Shown piece by piece: positions 23,371-37,099 of a stretch of 64,000 nucleotides of DNA. This stretch comes from Lama guanicoe (lineage: Eukaryota), in assembly GCA_013239625.1 (NCBI GenBank), contig MU054204.1, positions 1,053,537 to 1,117,536 of the forward strand, read 5' to 3'. Position numbers and translations under genes: made by a program. The notes beneath the pieces are model-generated. The model was not told the DNA's origin and made no database searches. It saw nothing but the letters and a program-made list of their open reading frames with translations. How positions within the stretch are numbered: the first letter of the stretch is position 1; the number at the start of each line of letters is the position of its first letter.

Positions 23371-26197
23371 CAGGCCTTCCTCAAAAAGAGAGAACATTCT
23401 CAAATAAACAATCTAACCCACCAGCTAAAATAATTAGAAAAAGAAGAGCAAAAACCCCAAAAGTCAGCAGAAGGAAGGAAATAATAAAGATCAGGGAGGA
23501 AATAAATAAAATAGAGATTTAAAAAAAAACAGAAAAAATCAATCAAACCAAAAGCTGGTTTTTTGAAAGAGTAAATAAAATTGACAAACCTCTGGCCAAA
23601 CTCACAAAGAAGAAAAAAGAGACAGCACAAATAAGCAAAATAAGAAAGGAAAATGGAGAAATGACAACAAATAAAATAGAAATACAGGATATCATACAAG
23701 AATATTATGAAAAGCTATATGGAACCAAAATGGATAACCTAGAGGAGATGGAAAAGTTTCTGGAAACATACAGTCCACCATGGCTGAATCAAGAAGAAAC
23801 TGACCACTTGAACAAACTGATCACTAGAAATGAAATCAAATTTGCAATAAAAAAAAAACCTCCCTACAAATAAAAGTCCAGGACCAGATGGCTACACCAG
23901 GGAATTCTACAAAACATACAAAGAAGAAATCATACTGGTCATTCTCAAACTCTTCCAGAAGATTGAAAAGGTGGGAGTATTCCCAAATTCATTCTATGAA
24001 GCCACCATCACCCTGATACCAAAACCAGGCAAAGACACTACCAAAAAAGGGAATTACAGACCAATATCACTGATGAACATAGATGCAAAAATCCTTACCA
24101 AAATATTAGCAAATAGAATCCAACAACACATAAAAAAGATTATACATCATGGTCAAGTGGGGTTCATCCCAGGGACACAAGGGTGTTTCCACATATGCAA
24201 ATCAATCAATGTAATACATCACATCAACAAGAGAAAGGACAAAAACCACATGATCATCTCAACGGATGCAGAAAAAGCATTTGATAAAATTCAACACCCA
24301 TTTATGATAAAAACTCTCACCAAAGTGGGTATAGAGGGAACATATCTCAACATAATAAAGGTATATATGACAAACCTACAGACAGCATAGTACTCAATGG
24401 TGAAAAACTCAAAAGCTTTCCACTAAAATCTGGGACAAGAGAAGGCTGCCCACTCTAACCACTCCTATTCAGCATAGTCTTGGAAGTTCTAGAGACAGCA
24501 GTCAGGCAAGAGAGAGAAATAAAAGGGATCCAAATTGGAAAAGAAGAGGTAAAAGTGTCACTATATGCCAATGACATGATACTACATAGAGAAAACCCTA
24601 AAAGGTCCACACAAAAACTACTAGAGCTGATCAAAGAATTCAGCAAGGTAGCAGGTTACAAGATTAACGTTCAAAAATCAGTTGCATTTCTTTACACTAA
24701 CAATGAATCAACAGGAAAAGAAAGTAAAGAAACAATCCACTTTAAAATAGCACCCAAAGTAATAAAACACCTGGGAATAAATCTACCTAAGAAGGTGAAA
24801 GACTTATACATGGAGAAGTATAAAACACTGATGAAGAAAATTAAAGAAGATTTTAAAAAATGGAAAGATATCCCATGCTCTTGGATTGGAAGAATCAATA
24901 TTGTTAAAATGGTCACACTGCCCAAGGCGATCTACAGATTTAATGCAATCCCTATCCAATTACCCAGGACATATTTCACAGAACTAGAACAAATCATAAT
25001 AAAATTTATATGGAACCATCAAAGACCTAGAATTGCCAAAGCATTACTAAAGAGAAAGAAAGAGGCTGGAGGAATAACTCTCCCAGACTTCAGACAATAC
25101 TATAGAGCTACAGTCATCAAGACAGCATGGTATTAGTACCAAAACAGACAAAAGGACCAAGGGAACAGAATAGAGAGCCCAGAAATGAACCCACAAACTT
25201 TTGGTCAACTCATCTTCGACAAAGGAGGCAAGAATATACAATGGAATAAAGACAGTCTCTTCAGCAAATGGTGTTGGGAAAACTGGACAGCAGCATGTGA
25301 AACAATGAAGCTAGAACACTCCCTTACACCATAGACAAAAATCAACTCAAAATGGATTAAAGACTTAAACATAAGTCAAGATACAATAAACCTCCTAAAA
25401 GAAAACCTAGGCAAAACATTATCTGACATACATTTCAAAAATTTTCTCCTAGAAGAAATAAAAGCAGGAATAAACAAATGGGACCTAATGAAACTTACAA
25501 GCTTCTGCACAGCAAAGGAAACCAGAAATAAAACAAGAAGAAAANNNNNNNNNNNNNNNNNNNNNNNNNNNNNNNNNNNNNNNNNNNNNNNNNNNNNNNN
25601 NNNNNNNNNNNNNNNNNNNNNNNNNNNNNNNNNNNNNNNNNNNNNNNNNNNNNNNGGCAGAAGACCTAAACAAGCAATTCTCCAAGGAAGACATACAAAT
25701 GATCAAAAAGCACATTAAAAAATGCTCAATATCACTAATTATCAGAGAAATGCAAATCAAAACTACAATGAGGTATCACCTCACACCAGTCAGAATGGCC
25801 GTCATTCAAAAATCCACAAATGACAAATGCTGGAGAGGCTGTGGAGAAAGGGGAACCCTCCTACACTGCTGGTGGGAATGCAGTTTGGTGCAGCCACTAT
25901 GGAAAACAGTGTGGAGATTCCTCAAAAGACTAGGAATAGACTTACCATATGACCCAGGAATCCCACTCCTGGGCTTGTATCCAGAAGGAAATCCACTCCA
26001 GGATGACACCTGCACCCCAATGTTCATAGCAGCACCATTTACAATAGCCAAGACATGGAAACAGCCTAAATGTGCATCAACAGGTGACTGGATAAAGAAG
26101 AATTGGTATATTTCTACAATGGAATACCACTCAGCCATAAAAACCAACAACATAATGCCATTTGCAGCAACATGGATGCTCCTGGAGAATGTCATTC
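23371..26197 (+). mobile_element. LINE-1 ORF2 pseudogene fragment truncated at both ends; contains a 112-N gap at 25545-25656
   Basis: Colinear with the L1 at ~45648-48474. Broken into ORF pieces 23661, 23971, 24480 and 25699 by stops/frameshifts; RT motif mutated to YAND; no 3'UTR or poly(A). Confidence 0.95.
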
Positions 26198-27187
26198 ACT
26201 AGTGGGCCACTCGACCTGTAGCTCCCCGCCCAATCACTCACTGGAGTCCTCCATCCATATCAACCCTCACACACCCTGGACTAGCCCTCCCTATTTTGCT
26301 ATAGCAGCACCTAGAAATGAATCGTCCCAAACCCTGAACACGCTGTTGACATCAAAGGCCAAGTTTACATTCCCTTGCCTCAGAACTTCCTGGGATGTTG
26401 TTCAGAGCACCTTGTACAGGACTTAAGCCTGGAGCCAAAAAGAGGAACCCTGTGTTCCTGCCCTAAAACACTCAGTCAACTTCAAAGCCATTGCATCAGC
26501 TGGGCCCTGCATCTAGTCCACACTGCCCTGCACTTGACTCATTGCCTATTCTTTTAGGGGGCTCTGTTCAACCACCTCTTCCTAGAGTCTCTTTGTGATC
26601 ACCCCAAATGAAATCTACAATACCCCACATCATCCCTTGGTTTCCCTTTAAGTACATTCTATTTTCCCATCTCCCTTCTTCTACCCTCAGCCCTAGAGTA
26701 AGGGCCAGGTGTTTGGGGGCTAGCCAGAGAAGGTCAGATTCCTCAGCATGGCCCAGTGGAGAAGGAGAGCAGACATGGGTGAGACAGGGTGTGCCTGCTT
26801 TCAAGATGGGAATAATGAGACCCAGAGGCTGGGACCACGTCCACTAAAACCTTTGGGGGCTGGGGAGCTATGAGAAAAGCCATTAGAGAATCACCGCTCT
26901 GTGGAATTCTAGGCCTCGGAGTTGGTGTGAGCCATGACAGACAGGTGGGGAAAGAGGCATGGCTAGGGTATAGACAGCTGTGGACACCCTCTCTGACCGG
27001 CATGTTCCCTAAGGCAGAGCCTTCTTCACAGGGGTGACCCTCCCTGCAGAACCAGCTGCTGAGGGACTGTGGAGTGAGGGCATCCCCATTTACAGGAGTC
27101 CCCACCATCTCCTCTGAGAATAACAATGTCTTGTCACTCAAGGTCATACCTTTGTGTAGGACAGGTCCTGGGCCAAGGGGTCTCTAC

Positions 27188-27927
27188 TTTTTTTTTTTAC
27201 ATTTTTTTAAAAAATTGAGGTATAGTCAGTTTACAATGTTGTGTCAATTTCTGGTACACAGCATAGTGATTCAGTCATACATGTACATACATATATTCCT
27301 TTTCATATTCTTTTTAATTATAGGTTACTACAAGATATTGAATATAGTTCCCTGCGCTATATAGAAGAAACTTGTTATTTACCTATTTTATATATAGTAG
27401 TTAATCTCTGCAAATCTCAAACTCCCAATTTATCCCTTCCAACCCCCTTTCCCCCCTGGTAACCATAAGTTCATTTTCTGTCTGTAAATCTTTCTGTTTT
27501 GTAGATAAGTTCATTAGTGTCTTCTTTTTTCTTTCTTTTTTTCAATTCCACATATGAGTGATATCATATGGTATTTTTCTTTCTCTTTCTGGCTTACTTC
27601 ACTTAGAATGACAATCTCCAGGTCCATCCATGTTGCTGCAAGTGGCATTATTTTATTGTTTTTTATGGCTGAGTAGTATTCCACTGTATAAATATACCAC
27701 ATCTTCTTTATCCAGTCATCTTTCAATGGACATTTGGGTTGCTTCCATGTCTTGGCTGTTGTAAATAGTGAACAGCTGGTTTTTTGAAAGAATAAACAAA
27801 ATGGACATACCTCTGGCCAGGCTGACCAAGAAGAAAAGAGAGAGGACCCAAATAAAATAAGAAATGAAAGAGGAGAAATTACAACAGATACCGCAGAAGT
27901 ACAAAGCATCATAAAAGAATACTATAA
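27188..27927 (-). mobile_element. L1 3' fragment (minus, 27188-27770) fused to a plus-strand ORF2 piece (27771-27927)
   Basis: Antisense L1 tail/ORF2 end switches at 27771 to sense agctggttttttgaaagaataaacaaaa, which matches ~45828 onward of the young L1. Confidence 0.85.
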
Positions 27928-29940
27928 AATACAGTTTTTATTGGAACCCTCCTCATGATCTTTCAACTCAGATGTGATTATCATTATGTTACAGTTACGG
28001 TTCAGCAAAGCTACATTCACCTAGTAAATGGTGTATTACTCTGCAGCCTTTGTTTTCCACATATACACACAGGAAAATTTATGCCTTGGCCTGTCCTCAG
28101 AAAAGCCAGGAGCTTTATCAACAGATACCTAGGGAAACCCCAGCCTCACCCCACCCTGTCCACCCCATTAGGAAAACACTGCATTGTAGAGGACCAGTCA
28201 GGTTAGATTTGAACACCCCACACCATCTAGTTTATACTTAAGAATTCTCTGGGGGCATTTGTTTAAAATACAGATTTCTCGCATCATCCTAGGTTCTCAG
28301 GAGGAACCTAGGAATCAGCTTTTTTAATAAACCTCAGATGATATAATACAAACTGACCTCAAACTGTTCAGCAAAATAATGCAGTGGGTGATTGGGTTAT
28401 ATTTAGGTAATTCTCTGCCACAGCTGTATACTCTGCAAGAATTCCTAAACATGAAGCCCAGATTCTGATCTAGTACATGTGGAGTGGGGCCTGAGAATTT
28501 TCATCTCTTACAAGCTAAGACGATACTTTGAGGAGCTAGGATAAAGCACTGTGCTCAGCAGTCCCGGGTCAGGATTCTGAGGCTGCATTAGGGCTCAGCT
28601 GGACAGACTGCTGTCATAGACTTGTCATGTCCTCCAAGGGAGATCCCTGGAGGCTGCTGGCAGGAATGCCAGGGGTTTCCCATTGTGCCTCCCTCTGGAA
28701 ACATGCCATTGTACGCAGGACATGTGAATCACTTAATCATAATGCTCAAAGCCATCTTTCCTACATAAAGATGAAACAACTGACCCCCTTTCCATCAGCA
28801 GCAGAAACTATGTTCTAACCTATCTATAGACTAATGGAGATTGCTACATATAACTCCATCCACTCCTTTCAGCCAATGGCAACGGGGTCTAGAAGCAGTT
28901 GGTAAAGCTCAGAGGTACCACAATGGCTGAATGATGGTGAAATTGCATGTGACCTGGACTAGGAACCAGATGTTCCTAAGAGCTAGGGCTGAATCTTTGA
29001 AACCATGGGGAGAATTGAACTGGCAGGAGGGAAGGGGTGGTGTGGAAAAAGAAACAGATTTCACAAAGTGAAGCAAAACTTCTTTACTGTCACCATTTTG
29101 TCCAGGACTGATTTTCTTTAAAAAAAAAAAAAAGAAGGAGGAGGAGAAGATGACTATTATACAAGTAATACATATTTATTATCATTAGAAGAAGAGGAAT
29201 AAGAAGACCTAGATCAATTTTTTAAATGCTCATCCATAATTCCACAATGTATACTATTAATCTTTAAGAATGAAATTCTATGAGTACATCCTCATTGCAT
29301 CTCCATTTCCTGAGAAGTGACACTTCCAAGTTAAAGGGCTATGTAGTTCACATAATAACTGTTTGTACTTGGTGAACTGCCCATATCCTTAGCCCATTTT
29401 TCTATTCTTTTTATTCTCTATTAGTTAAGATGCTTTATATATTCAGTCTTAAAAATATATTCATTATTAGTTCATCCGGGATTTTTTCTGCCATAGAGTA
29501 GGAAATATCATCCTAAAAGTACTTTTGCCTTTATTATGGGCTTTTTTTGTAAATGATGAAACCGTTTTGTCATCAGCATTTATGGAACAATGAAAAGTCC
29601 TACTTAAAAAAATTACATTAGTGAATCCTCATAACCCTGTGAGGTAGGTGCTTTCATTAGCTCAACCCTGCAGGTAAGAAAATGGAGGCACAGGAAGAGT
29701 GAACAGTTTGGTAAGGCATGGAGCTAGACTTTATTTCAAAAGTTGTCAAAAACCATATTCCTATTAAATGAATGTCAAGCAGATCACTTTCTTTTATCCC
29801 TCCAACGTAACTGATTTCCATAAAGGAGTGGGAGCATTGTGATTCTGTAAAGTCCTTCTTCCCTAGGGCCAGCAAAGCCAGCAGCCTTATACTGAATGGC
29901 TCCTCCTCTCTAAGAAAACATTTAAAATATATCATTTATC

Positions 29941-30678
29941 TGCCAGACAGGGTGTGGAGAAAAGGGAACCCTCCTACACTGCTGGTGGGGATGTAAATTG
30001 GTGCAGCCACTATGGAGGTTCCTTAAAAACTAAAAATAAACTTACCATATGATCCAGCAATCGCACTCCTGGGCATATATCCAGAGAAAAATATAATTTG
30101 AAAAGACACATGCACCCCAATGTTCACAGCAGCACTATTTACAATAGCCAAGACATGGAAACAACCTAAATGTCCATCAGCAAATGACTAGATATAGATA
30201 TGGTGTATTTACACAGTGAAATACTACTCAGCCATAAAAAGAATAAAATAATGCCATTTGCAGCAACATGGATGGACCTGGAGATTGTCATTCTAAGTGA
30301 AGTAAGCCAAAAAGAGAAAGAAAAATACCATATGATATCTCTTATATTTGGAATCTAAAAAAAAAAGACACAAATGAACTTATTTACAAAACAGAAACAG
30401 ACTCACAGACATAGGGAACAAACTTGTGGTTACCAGGGGGAAAGTGGGTGGGAAAGAATAAATTGGGAGTTTGAGATTTGCAGATACTAACTACTATATA
30501 TAAAATAGATAAACAACAAGTTTCTGCTGTATAGCACAGGAGAGTATATTCAATATATTATAGTAACCTACAATGAAAAAGAATATATGTGTGTATATGT
30601 ATGACTGAAACTTTCCGATGTATACCAGAAATTGACACAACATTGTAAACTGATTGTACTTCAATAAAAAAGAATTAT
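29941..30678 (+). mobile_element. 5'-truncated L1 (ORF2 end + 3'UTR) with TSD
   Basis: L1 3' sequence; TSD atatatcatttatc (29927-29940) / atatataatttatc (30679-30692). Confidence 0.88.
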
Positions 30679-31883
30679 ATATATAATTTATCAAAAAAAA
30701 GAGTAATAAAGAGGAAACAGAATTCTTCATCTTTCTCAGTAGTTTTTTTCCAAATAAAAACTTGTAAATTATGATATGCAATGCATGTTGTTGAAAACAA
30801 AACAAATGCATCTGAAAAAGAAGAGGTACAGTTCAAATCTTTTATAGTCTGCCAAGAAGACCTTCCTGATTCATTCCACAGTGTTCTGATCCTAATACCC
30901 TTTCTTCTTGGGGATATATTTTTCTATTATCTAAAATTTCCTCAGCTCTACTGCCCTAGTCTAAAACCTTCAGTGATTCCCCATGGCAATAAGGTAACAT
31001 CCAAACATCTTCATTTGTTCTTCGAGGCCATTCACAATGTAGCCCCAACCTGCCTTTCAATCTGATTCTCCTCCCCCTTCAGAAACAGGGCTATGCACGA
31101 TGTTACTTCTTCTAAGACACATCTTTTTCTATACTGCTGTGTTTAATGCAATAAAGAGATCAAAGGAATTTTAGAACCAAGGCTTTAAGGCTTATCTACT
31201 CCAACCCTGACATTTTAAAGAAGAAACTGGTGCCAGACAGTGTAACTTGCTCCAGGTCATATAGCATATCAGAGGTTGCAGTGGAGACAGAATTTTGTTT
31301 TTCCAACTCCTCTTGGAGCTGCTCCCTCATAAACATGTAAGCTGTGCTCAGCAAATACTTGTTGAATGTGCTGCATAATTTTCGGTGTATTTAACTACAT
31401 TCTGTTGACCTGGCAGGAGTTGCCATCTTTGTCGTGAGTGAGTGAAATGAGCCAAGGCAAGAAACACATGTATATCAGTTGAGCAATTCCAAAGCAATAA
31501 AACACAACAGGGGACTTGCTGAAGACACCTGTGCATAATGGAGTCAGCTGTCCATCAACATGAGGAGAGGCAGGGAGGAGGGGAACCAGGAGGAAAGATG
31601 GTACATTTGAAGTCCACAGAGCGTGTCCCCTCAGCCCCCACCAGGAATGTGTAGAAGGCCTGTGTGGGAGGGTATGTCAGCAAAGATTTCTCCCCCTCAC
31701 CGCCCAGTCCTGGTCATCAGATAACACTAGAAATCCAGATTATTAGAATTTGAGGAGACCTTGGAGAGTCTTCATTTTCAGATGAGGAAACTAAAATCCA
31801 ACAGTGTAGGAGCTGGTACAGAAGGAATCCCTCATGGTTAAAAAAAAATCCCTAAGAAACCTCATGAGTTATCTCAGCAGTGG

Positions 31884-32434
31884 TTTTGTTTTTTGTTTTT
31901 TAAATTAAAGTATAGTTGATTTACAATGTTGTATTAGTTTCTGGTGTACAGCATAGTGATTCAGTTATACATATATTTTTTTCATATTCTTTTTCACTAT
32001 AGGTTATTACAAGCTATTGAATATAGTTCCATGTGCTATACAGTAGGACCTTGTTGTTTATCTATTCTGTTTATAGTAGTTTGTATCTGTTAATCCCAAA
32101 CTCCTAATTTATCTATCCTCCCATTTTCCCTTCAGTAACTGTAAGTTTGTTTTCTATGTCTGTGAGTCTCTGTTTTATAAATAAGTTCATTTGTGTCATT
32201 TTTAAGATTCCACATATAAGTGATATGATCTTTGTCTCTGCATGACTTAGTTCACTTAGTATGATAATCTCTAGGTCCATCCATGTTGCTGCAAATGGCA
32301 TTATTTTATTCTTTTTTATGGCCGAGTAATATTCCTTCTCACACACACACACACACACACCCCACAACCTCTTTATCCAGTCATCCATCGATGGACATTT
32401 AGGTGACTTCCATGTCTTGGCTGTTGTAAATAGT
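31884..32434 (-). mobile_element. L1 3' fragment with internal (CA)n
   Basis: Antisense L1 tail (aaagtatagttgatttacaatgttg) through cttggctgttgtaaatagt. Confidence 0.88.
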
Positions 32435-33496
32435 CATCAGTCATTTTTAAACTTGTCCCACAAGACCCTTCTGGGTCTCTTGTAGGGCCTCCTGGGCCTG
32501 TTGTCCACAACTAATAAGAATCTGTGTGGGTGGGGCTTGATCTTCCCTGACTCCTGTTTCCACAGCAACCAGAGCAGCAGCTGGGGGTTCATAGGAGAAA
32601 AAAATAAAGGTTAAAAACCTTTGGTCTAGGTTTAGGGCAATGAACGCAGGTAGCAGATTAGGAGGAAAATTCCACATTCCTCTCCCAGCCTCCTGTTGTT
32701 CATTATGTTGGAGGACACCCCCCCATACACACACACCAATTTACAATCCACTCATTTACAGACATGGAATACTAACTTGGTTGGAGTAGGAGATGGAAAG
32801 GGGTTTGTATCTTTTTGGTTTTAGTCACCATGTCAGTACTTCAACTTCCAGATGGGTTTCCTTATTTTTAAAGCAGTCATCATAGGATCTCAGTGGTGTT
32901 ACCAGTACTAAAGCCATTTATGGAACATCTGTTTTGGAAACTGCCTTCAAACTCCAAAGCATAAGTATCCCAAATATTTGAAACTGTGGCAAAAGTGTGT
33001 TTTTGAGTATGAACTTTCGTTATGGGAACTCTTCACTCTTCAGATGATGTTTAGAATGATACCTGGTCCAAAAGGTAGGGAATCCAAAGGTCAAATACCA
33101 CTGGTCCTTGAACAGGCTGTAGCTGGAAAAGGCAGGGCTGATTTCTTTGTGTATTTGTCACGCTTGCCTGGCAATGACTCCCACTGCCCATCTCAGGCAG
33201 ATTAAACTTCTATAAACACTACTTCCCTCACGTGTCCCAAATCCTCCAACCTTTTCTGCTTTGCTTTTGGGGCTTTCCACAGTGTGGCTTTTTATCTCTC
33301 CAAATTCTATCAATTGTTAAAAGATCCAGCTCAGTTTTAAAGATCCTCCCCCTTTTAAGGCCTTTTCAAGCTTTTACTGTACTTGTCAATGAATTCTTAT
33401 GACATTTAGCATCAACACCGTAACAGTATCCTGTCTTGTTCGCTGTCACTTTAAATGGAGTAGTAATCACTCTCGTGCTAGATGTTTAAGCTCTTT

Positions 33497-34052
33497 TTAT
33501 TGAAGTGTAGTTGATTTACAATGTTGTGTTAGATTCTGATGTACAGCATAGTGATTCAGTTATACATATATATAATATATTCTTTTTCATTATAGGTTAT
33601 TACAGGCTATTGAATATAGTTCCATGTGCTATACAGTAGGACCTTGCTGTTTGTCTATTTTATATACAGTAGTGTGTATCTGCTAATCCCAAACTCCTAA
33701 TTTATCACCCCCCCTTCCCTCTTTGGTAACCATACATTTGTTTTCTATGTCTGTGAGTCTCTTTTTGTTTTGTAAATAAGTTCATTGGTGTCAACTTTTT
33801 TTTAGATTCCACATATAAGTGATATCATATAATATTTGTTTTTCTCTGTCTGACTTACTTCATTTAGTATGATAACCTCTGGGTCCATCCGTGTTGCTCC
33901 ATATGTCATTACTTTATTCTTTTTCATGGCTGAGTAATACTCCATTGTATAAATATACCACATCTTCTTTATCCAGTCATCTGTCAGTGGCACTTAGGTT
34001 GCTTCCATGTCTTGGCTGTTGTAAATAGTGCTACTACAAACATTGTGTTGTA
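33497..34052 (-). mobile_element. L1 3' fragment with TSD
   Basis: Antisense L1 tail; TSD tgctagatgtttaagctcttt (33476-33496) / tgttagatctttaagctcttt (34053-34073). Confidence 0.9.
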
Positions 34053-34949
34053 TGTTAGATCTTTAAGCTCTTTAAGGACAAGCACCATGTCCTATAAACC
34101 TGTATGTCCTTACACCAACCAGTACAGAACTGAGCACCTAGAAAATGAGTTAATAGAGATTTCACTGATTAATTGGTTGTTTTTTCCTCTCTGGCCTCAG
34201 TGATCTCCTCTGTAAAATGGCAGGACTATAACCAGCATCTTCTTCTGGCATTGATGCTCAATAGAGCTATGAAAAAAAATCCCCCAACTTTTTTCAGAAA
34301 GAGATAATGAATCTTAGCCATTGGCGTCAATTGGAAGGACCATGTTCTGAGCTACAACATTGACTATGTCATAATACTCATCTCCCTGGAATCTCCAAAA
34401 AACTAAGAGTTTCTGTTTCTCCCTCCACCAAGAGTGGGAAATATCAGAGCCTCTGAGATGAAACATCACATCACCCAATTAGGGAGGCAGCCTCAGGAAG
34501 CTTCCCCCAAATTTAGTGCAAACATTGCAAGTTGAGTATTTTGCCAGTGGGACATCACTGTTCTTCACACAATAATGATGAATTCCAGCTGCAGGAGGGA
34601 CTTCCCCTCTGCTCAAACCTTTTCCAAAGGAGCACTGTGCTTCCTCCATGTAGTCCCAATGTAGGAGGTTGGAATTCCTTCCTAGAGTTTGAGAACACTT
34701 GTGAAAAAAATAAAATAAAATAATTTAAAGGCAGCTTTCCTTTGCAGTGCTCCATGCCTCCACAATCAGATTGGACACAGAGCAAGTGCTTAGAAAATCT
34801 TGGCCACTAAAGGTAGAGAGAAAGGGACTGGAGATGGACAGAGAGAGCATTGAAGGAGGGTGCAGGATGCCAGAGAAAAGTAACTAACTTCCCTTTCTTA
34901 AGGGCAGCCCCCAAAGGGCCCCTCAATTTCTATTTATTTCTAACTAATC

Positions 34950-35385
34950 ATGAGACATTTCTTTTTTATTCTAATCATAAAGGAAACATCACACAAACCC
35001 AAATTGAGGGACATTCTATGAAATACCTGTCCATTACTCTTTAAAAATATCAAGGTCATAAAAGACAAGGAAGGTCCAAGGAACTGTCACAGACAGGAGG
35101 CAACTAAGGAGACATGGCGTTACTAAGGCAACCAATGCAATGTGGCATCTCGGCTTGGATCCCGGAACAGAAAAAGGACTTCGGGGCACAAACTGATAAA
35201 ATTTGAACAAATTCTGTAGTTCGGTTCATAGTATAGTATCAAGGTTACTGCCTTACTTTTGCTAAATATTCTATGGTTATTTAAGATGTTAACATAAGGG
35301 GAAGCTAGGGGAAAGACGCAAAAACTCTTATTATTTTCACAACCTTTTTGTAAGTCTAAAACTATCTCAAGATAAAAAGTTAAAA
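34950..35385 (+). mobile_element. Old L1MC 3' end
   Basis: aaacccaaattgagggacattcta...aaggtcataaaagacaagg...gtaagtctaaaactat is typical of L1MC4/5 3'UTR. Confidence 0.7.
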
Positions 35386-35975
35386 GGGGGAGACTGAGAC
35401 ACACTATCCCCAATGTCAAAAAGACAAAGATTTCCCTCCAGACACCCTCTTTCCTGCCAGCTCCTCACTGCCTCTGTGAACTCAACAGTGCCTCTTAAAG
35501 ATCTCTAGCTGCAGTAACAGCAAGTCAGTTCAGCAGTTGGAAGAAATGGGCTGTTAGGACCTGCATTTTCCAAATCACTGAAACAAATCTTTTTGGAAGG
35601 CACTATTTCTAGGAAAGCAGTATCCATTTCTATGCCTTCTTAGACAGAGCATGGAAAGAATCACTTAATTATTCATTGTCCACAAGCGTTAGTATAAACA
35701 TCTGCTTTCAGACAGTATACAAATAAAAGCTCTTGGGTCTGGTCCATGGGGAGAGCTCATTGTAGTGTTGGGTATTTGGGTTCTGTTCTGTGGACCTGCA
35801 CTGTCCCTCTCCCCCTGAAAGGCTGCCTCAGTGGTCCTTTAGAGGGAGAAAGGGGCACATCAGGCGGGTGGCTTTGAGGTGGCAGCTGGGGGGTCTGGTA
35901 CCCCCAAGGCATCCTTGCAAATCACTAGAGCACCAGTCATTTCTACCACTGTCCAGGTTTTCTGAGATGATGTTA

Positions 35976-36020
35976 TCATTGTCGTCATCGTCATCATCAT
36001 CATCATCATCATCATCATCA
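35976..36020. repeat. (TCA)n microsatellite
   Basis: Direct reading; explains the poly-S/D/M ORFs in the track. Confidence 0.95.
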
Positions 36021-37099
36021 GTGTTCTGGGTAGCGACAAGGGCCCACCCCGCAGAGGGCATGTTTTCACAAAAGAGAGCCCATGAAGCAGCAGCATGGAG
36101 GGCCAACAGAGTCTATGATACAACAAGCACCATCTGATATGTTTCTGTGTCACTTAAATTCAGGGATCACTGGGGCCAAGGCTTTACTAGATGAAGCCAT
36201 GACCCTGTGGGCTGTCCCACTGGCACCCACAGATACGCCACACCCTCCAGCTCTGTGCCAAACTTCTTACTTAGAATTGGCAAGTGTATTTGTCTCTAAA
36301 AAGAAGGACCAAATACTTAGTCTTGAGGGTCAATTCCAGCTCTGACATTCTGAGAGTCTGTTCTTTAAGATAAAACTTTCTCTTTTATGTGAAGTATTCC
36401 AAAACCATCAAAGAATTGTTATCACCACTGTACAGTGTAAATCTCAGCTTTATCAACCAATCCTCTTTCTTTGAAGTGCATTACCCCAGGTCACACCCTG
36501 AAGAGCTTCACACTGGGAGAAAATGTTAGTATAGGTCAACAGCATAGATGGCTCTCTGTGCAGCAAACCATAGGGCAACGCTAAAACCTCCTCTTGGGGA
36601 AGCAAATATGAGCCATTAGCCTTGGGTGCCCATCCATACAAGAGGAGCTGGTGCCCATTCAATGACTCTCAGAAGGAAATGTGCCCAAACTAAAGACTCT
36701 GGGGAATGTTGAAGAGATTCCATCGATTTTTTTTCCTTCCCTCTGTAGAAGTCTTGACTTGCTTCATCATGATTCCATGTGTAACCTAAAGCCAGATGAA
36801 GAAATACAGAAATTCCACCATATAAGCTCTTCAACCTACACGTCAGCTGAGGCCTCCAGGGAGTTCCAGAGAGAAGAGGTCAAGCAGGACTTCAGCAGAC
36901 AAATGTGCTGACGTCATAAGCACAGAGCCAGGAAGGAAGGTGTGCCCCTTACCCCCACTCCACTACCAAGCACCAAATCCAGGAGAGTTTGGAGCTCTAC
37001 TTCCCACTACCAGCAGGCTGATTTGACTCTTTTGCCCTGGCTTCCAGACCACCACATTACAAGCTGACATTCATGTGACCATGAGGCAGAGAGGGATGG

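Noticed and set aside
25545..25656. N-run as hidden novel sequence
   Set aside because: The 112 Ns match the ~116 bp of L1 expected from the paralogous copy (47817-47932).
35790..36153. Poly-Ser/Asp/Met ORFs
   Set aside because: Artefacts of the (TCA)n microsatellite.
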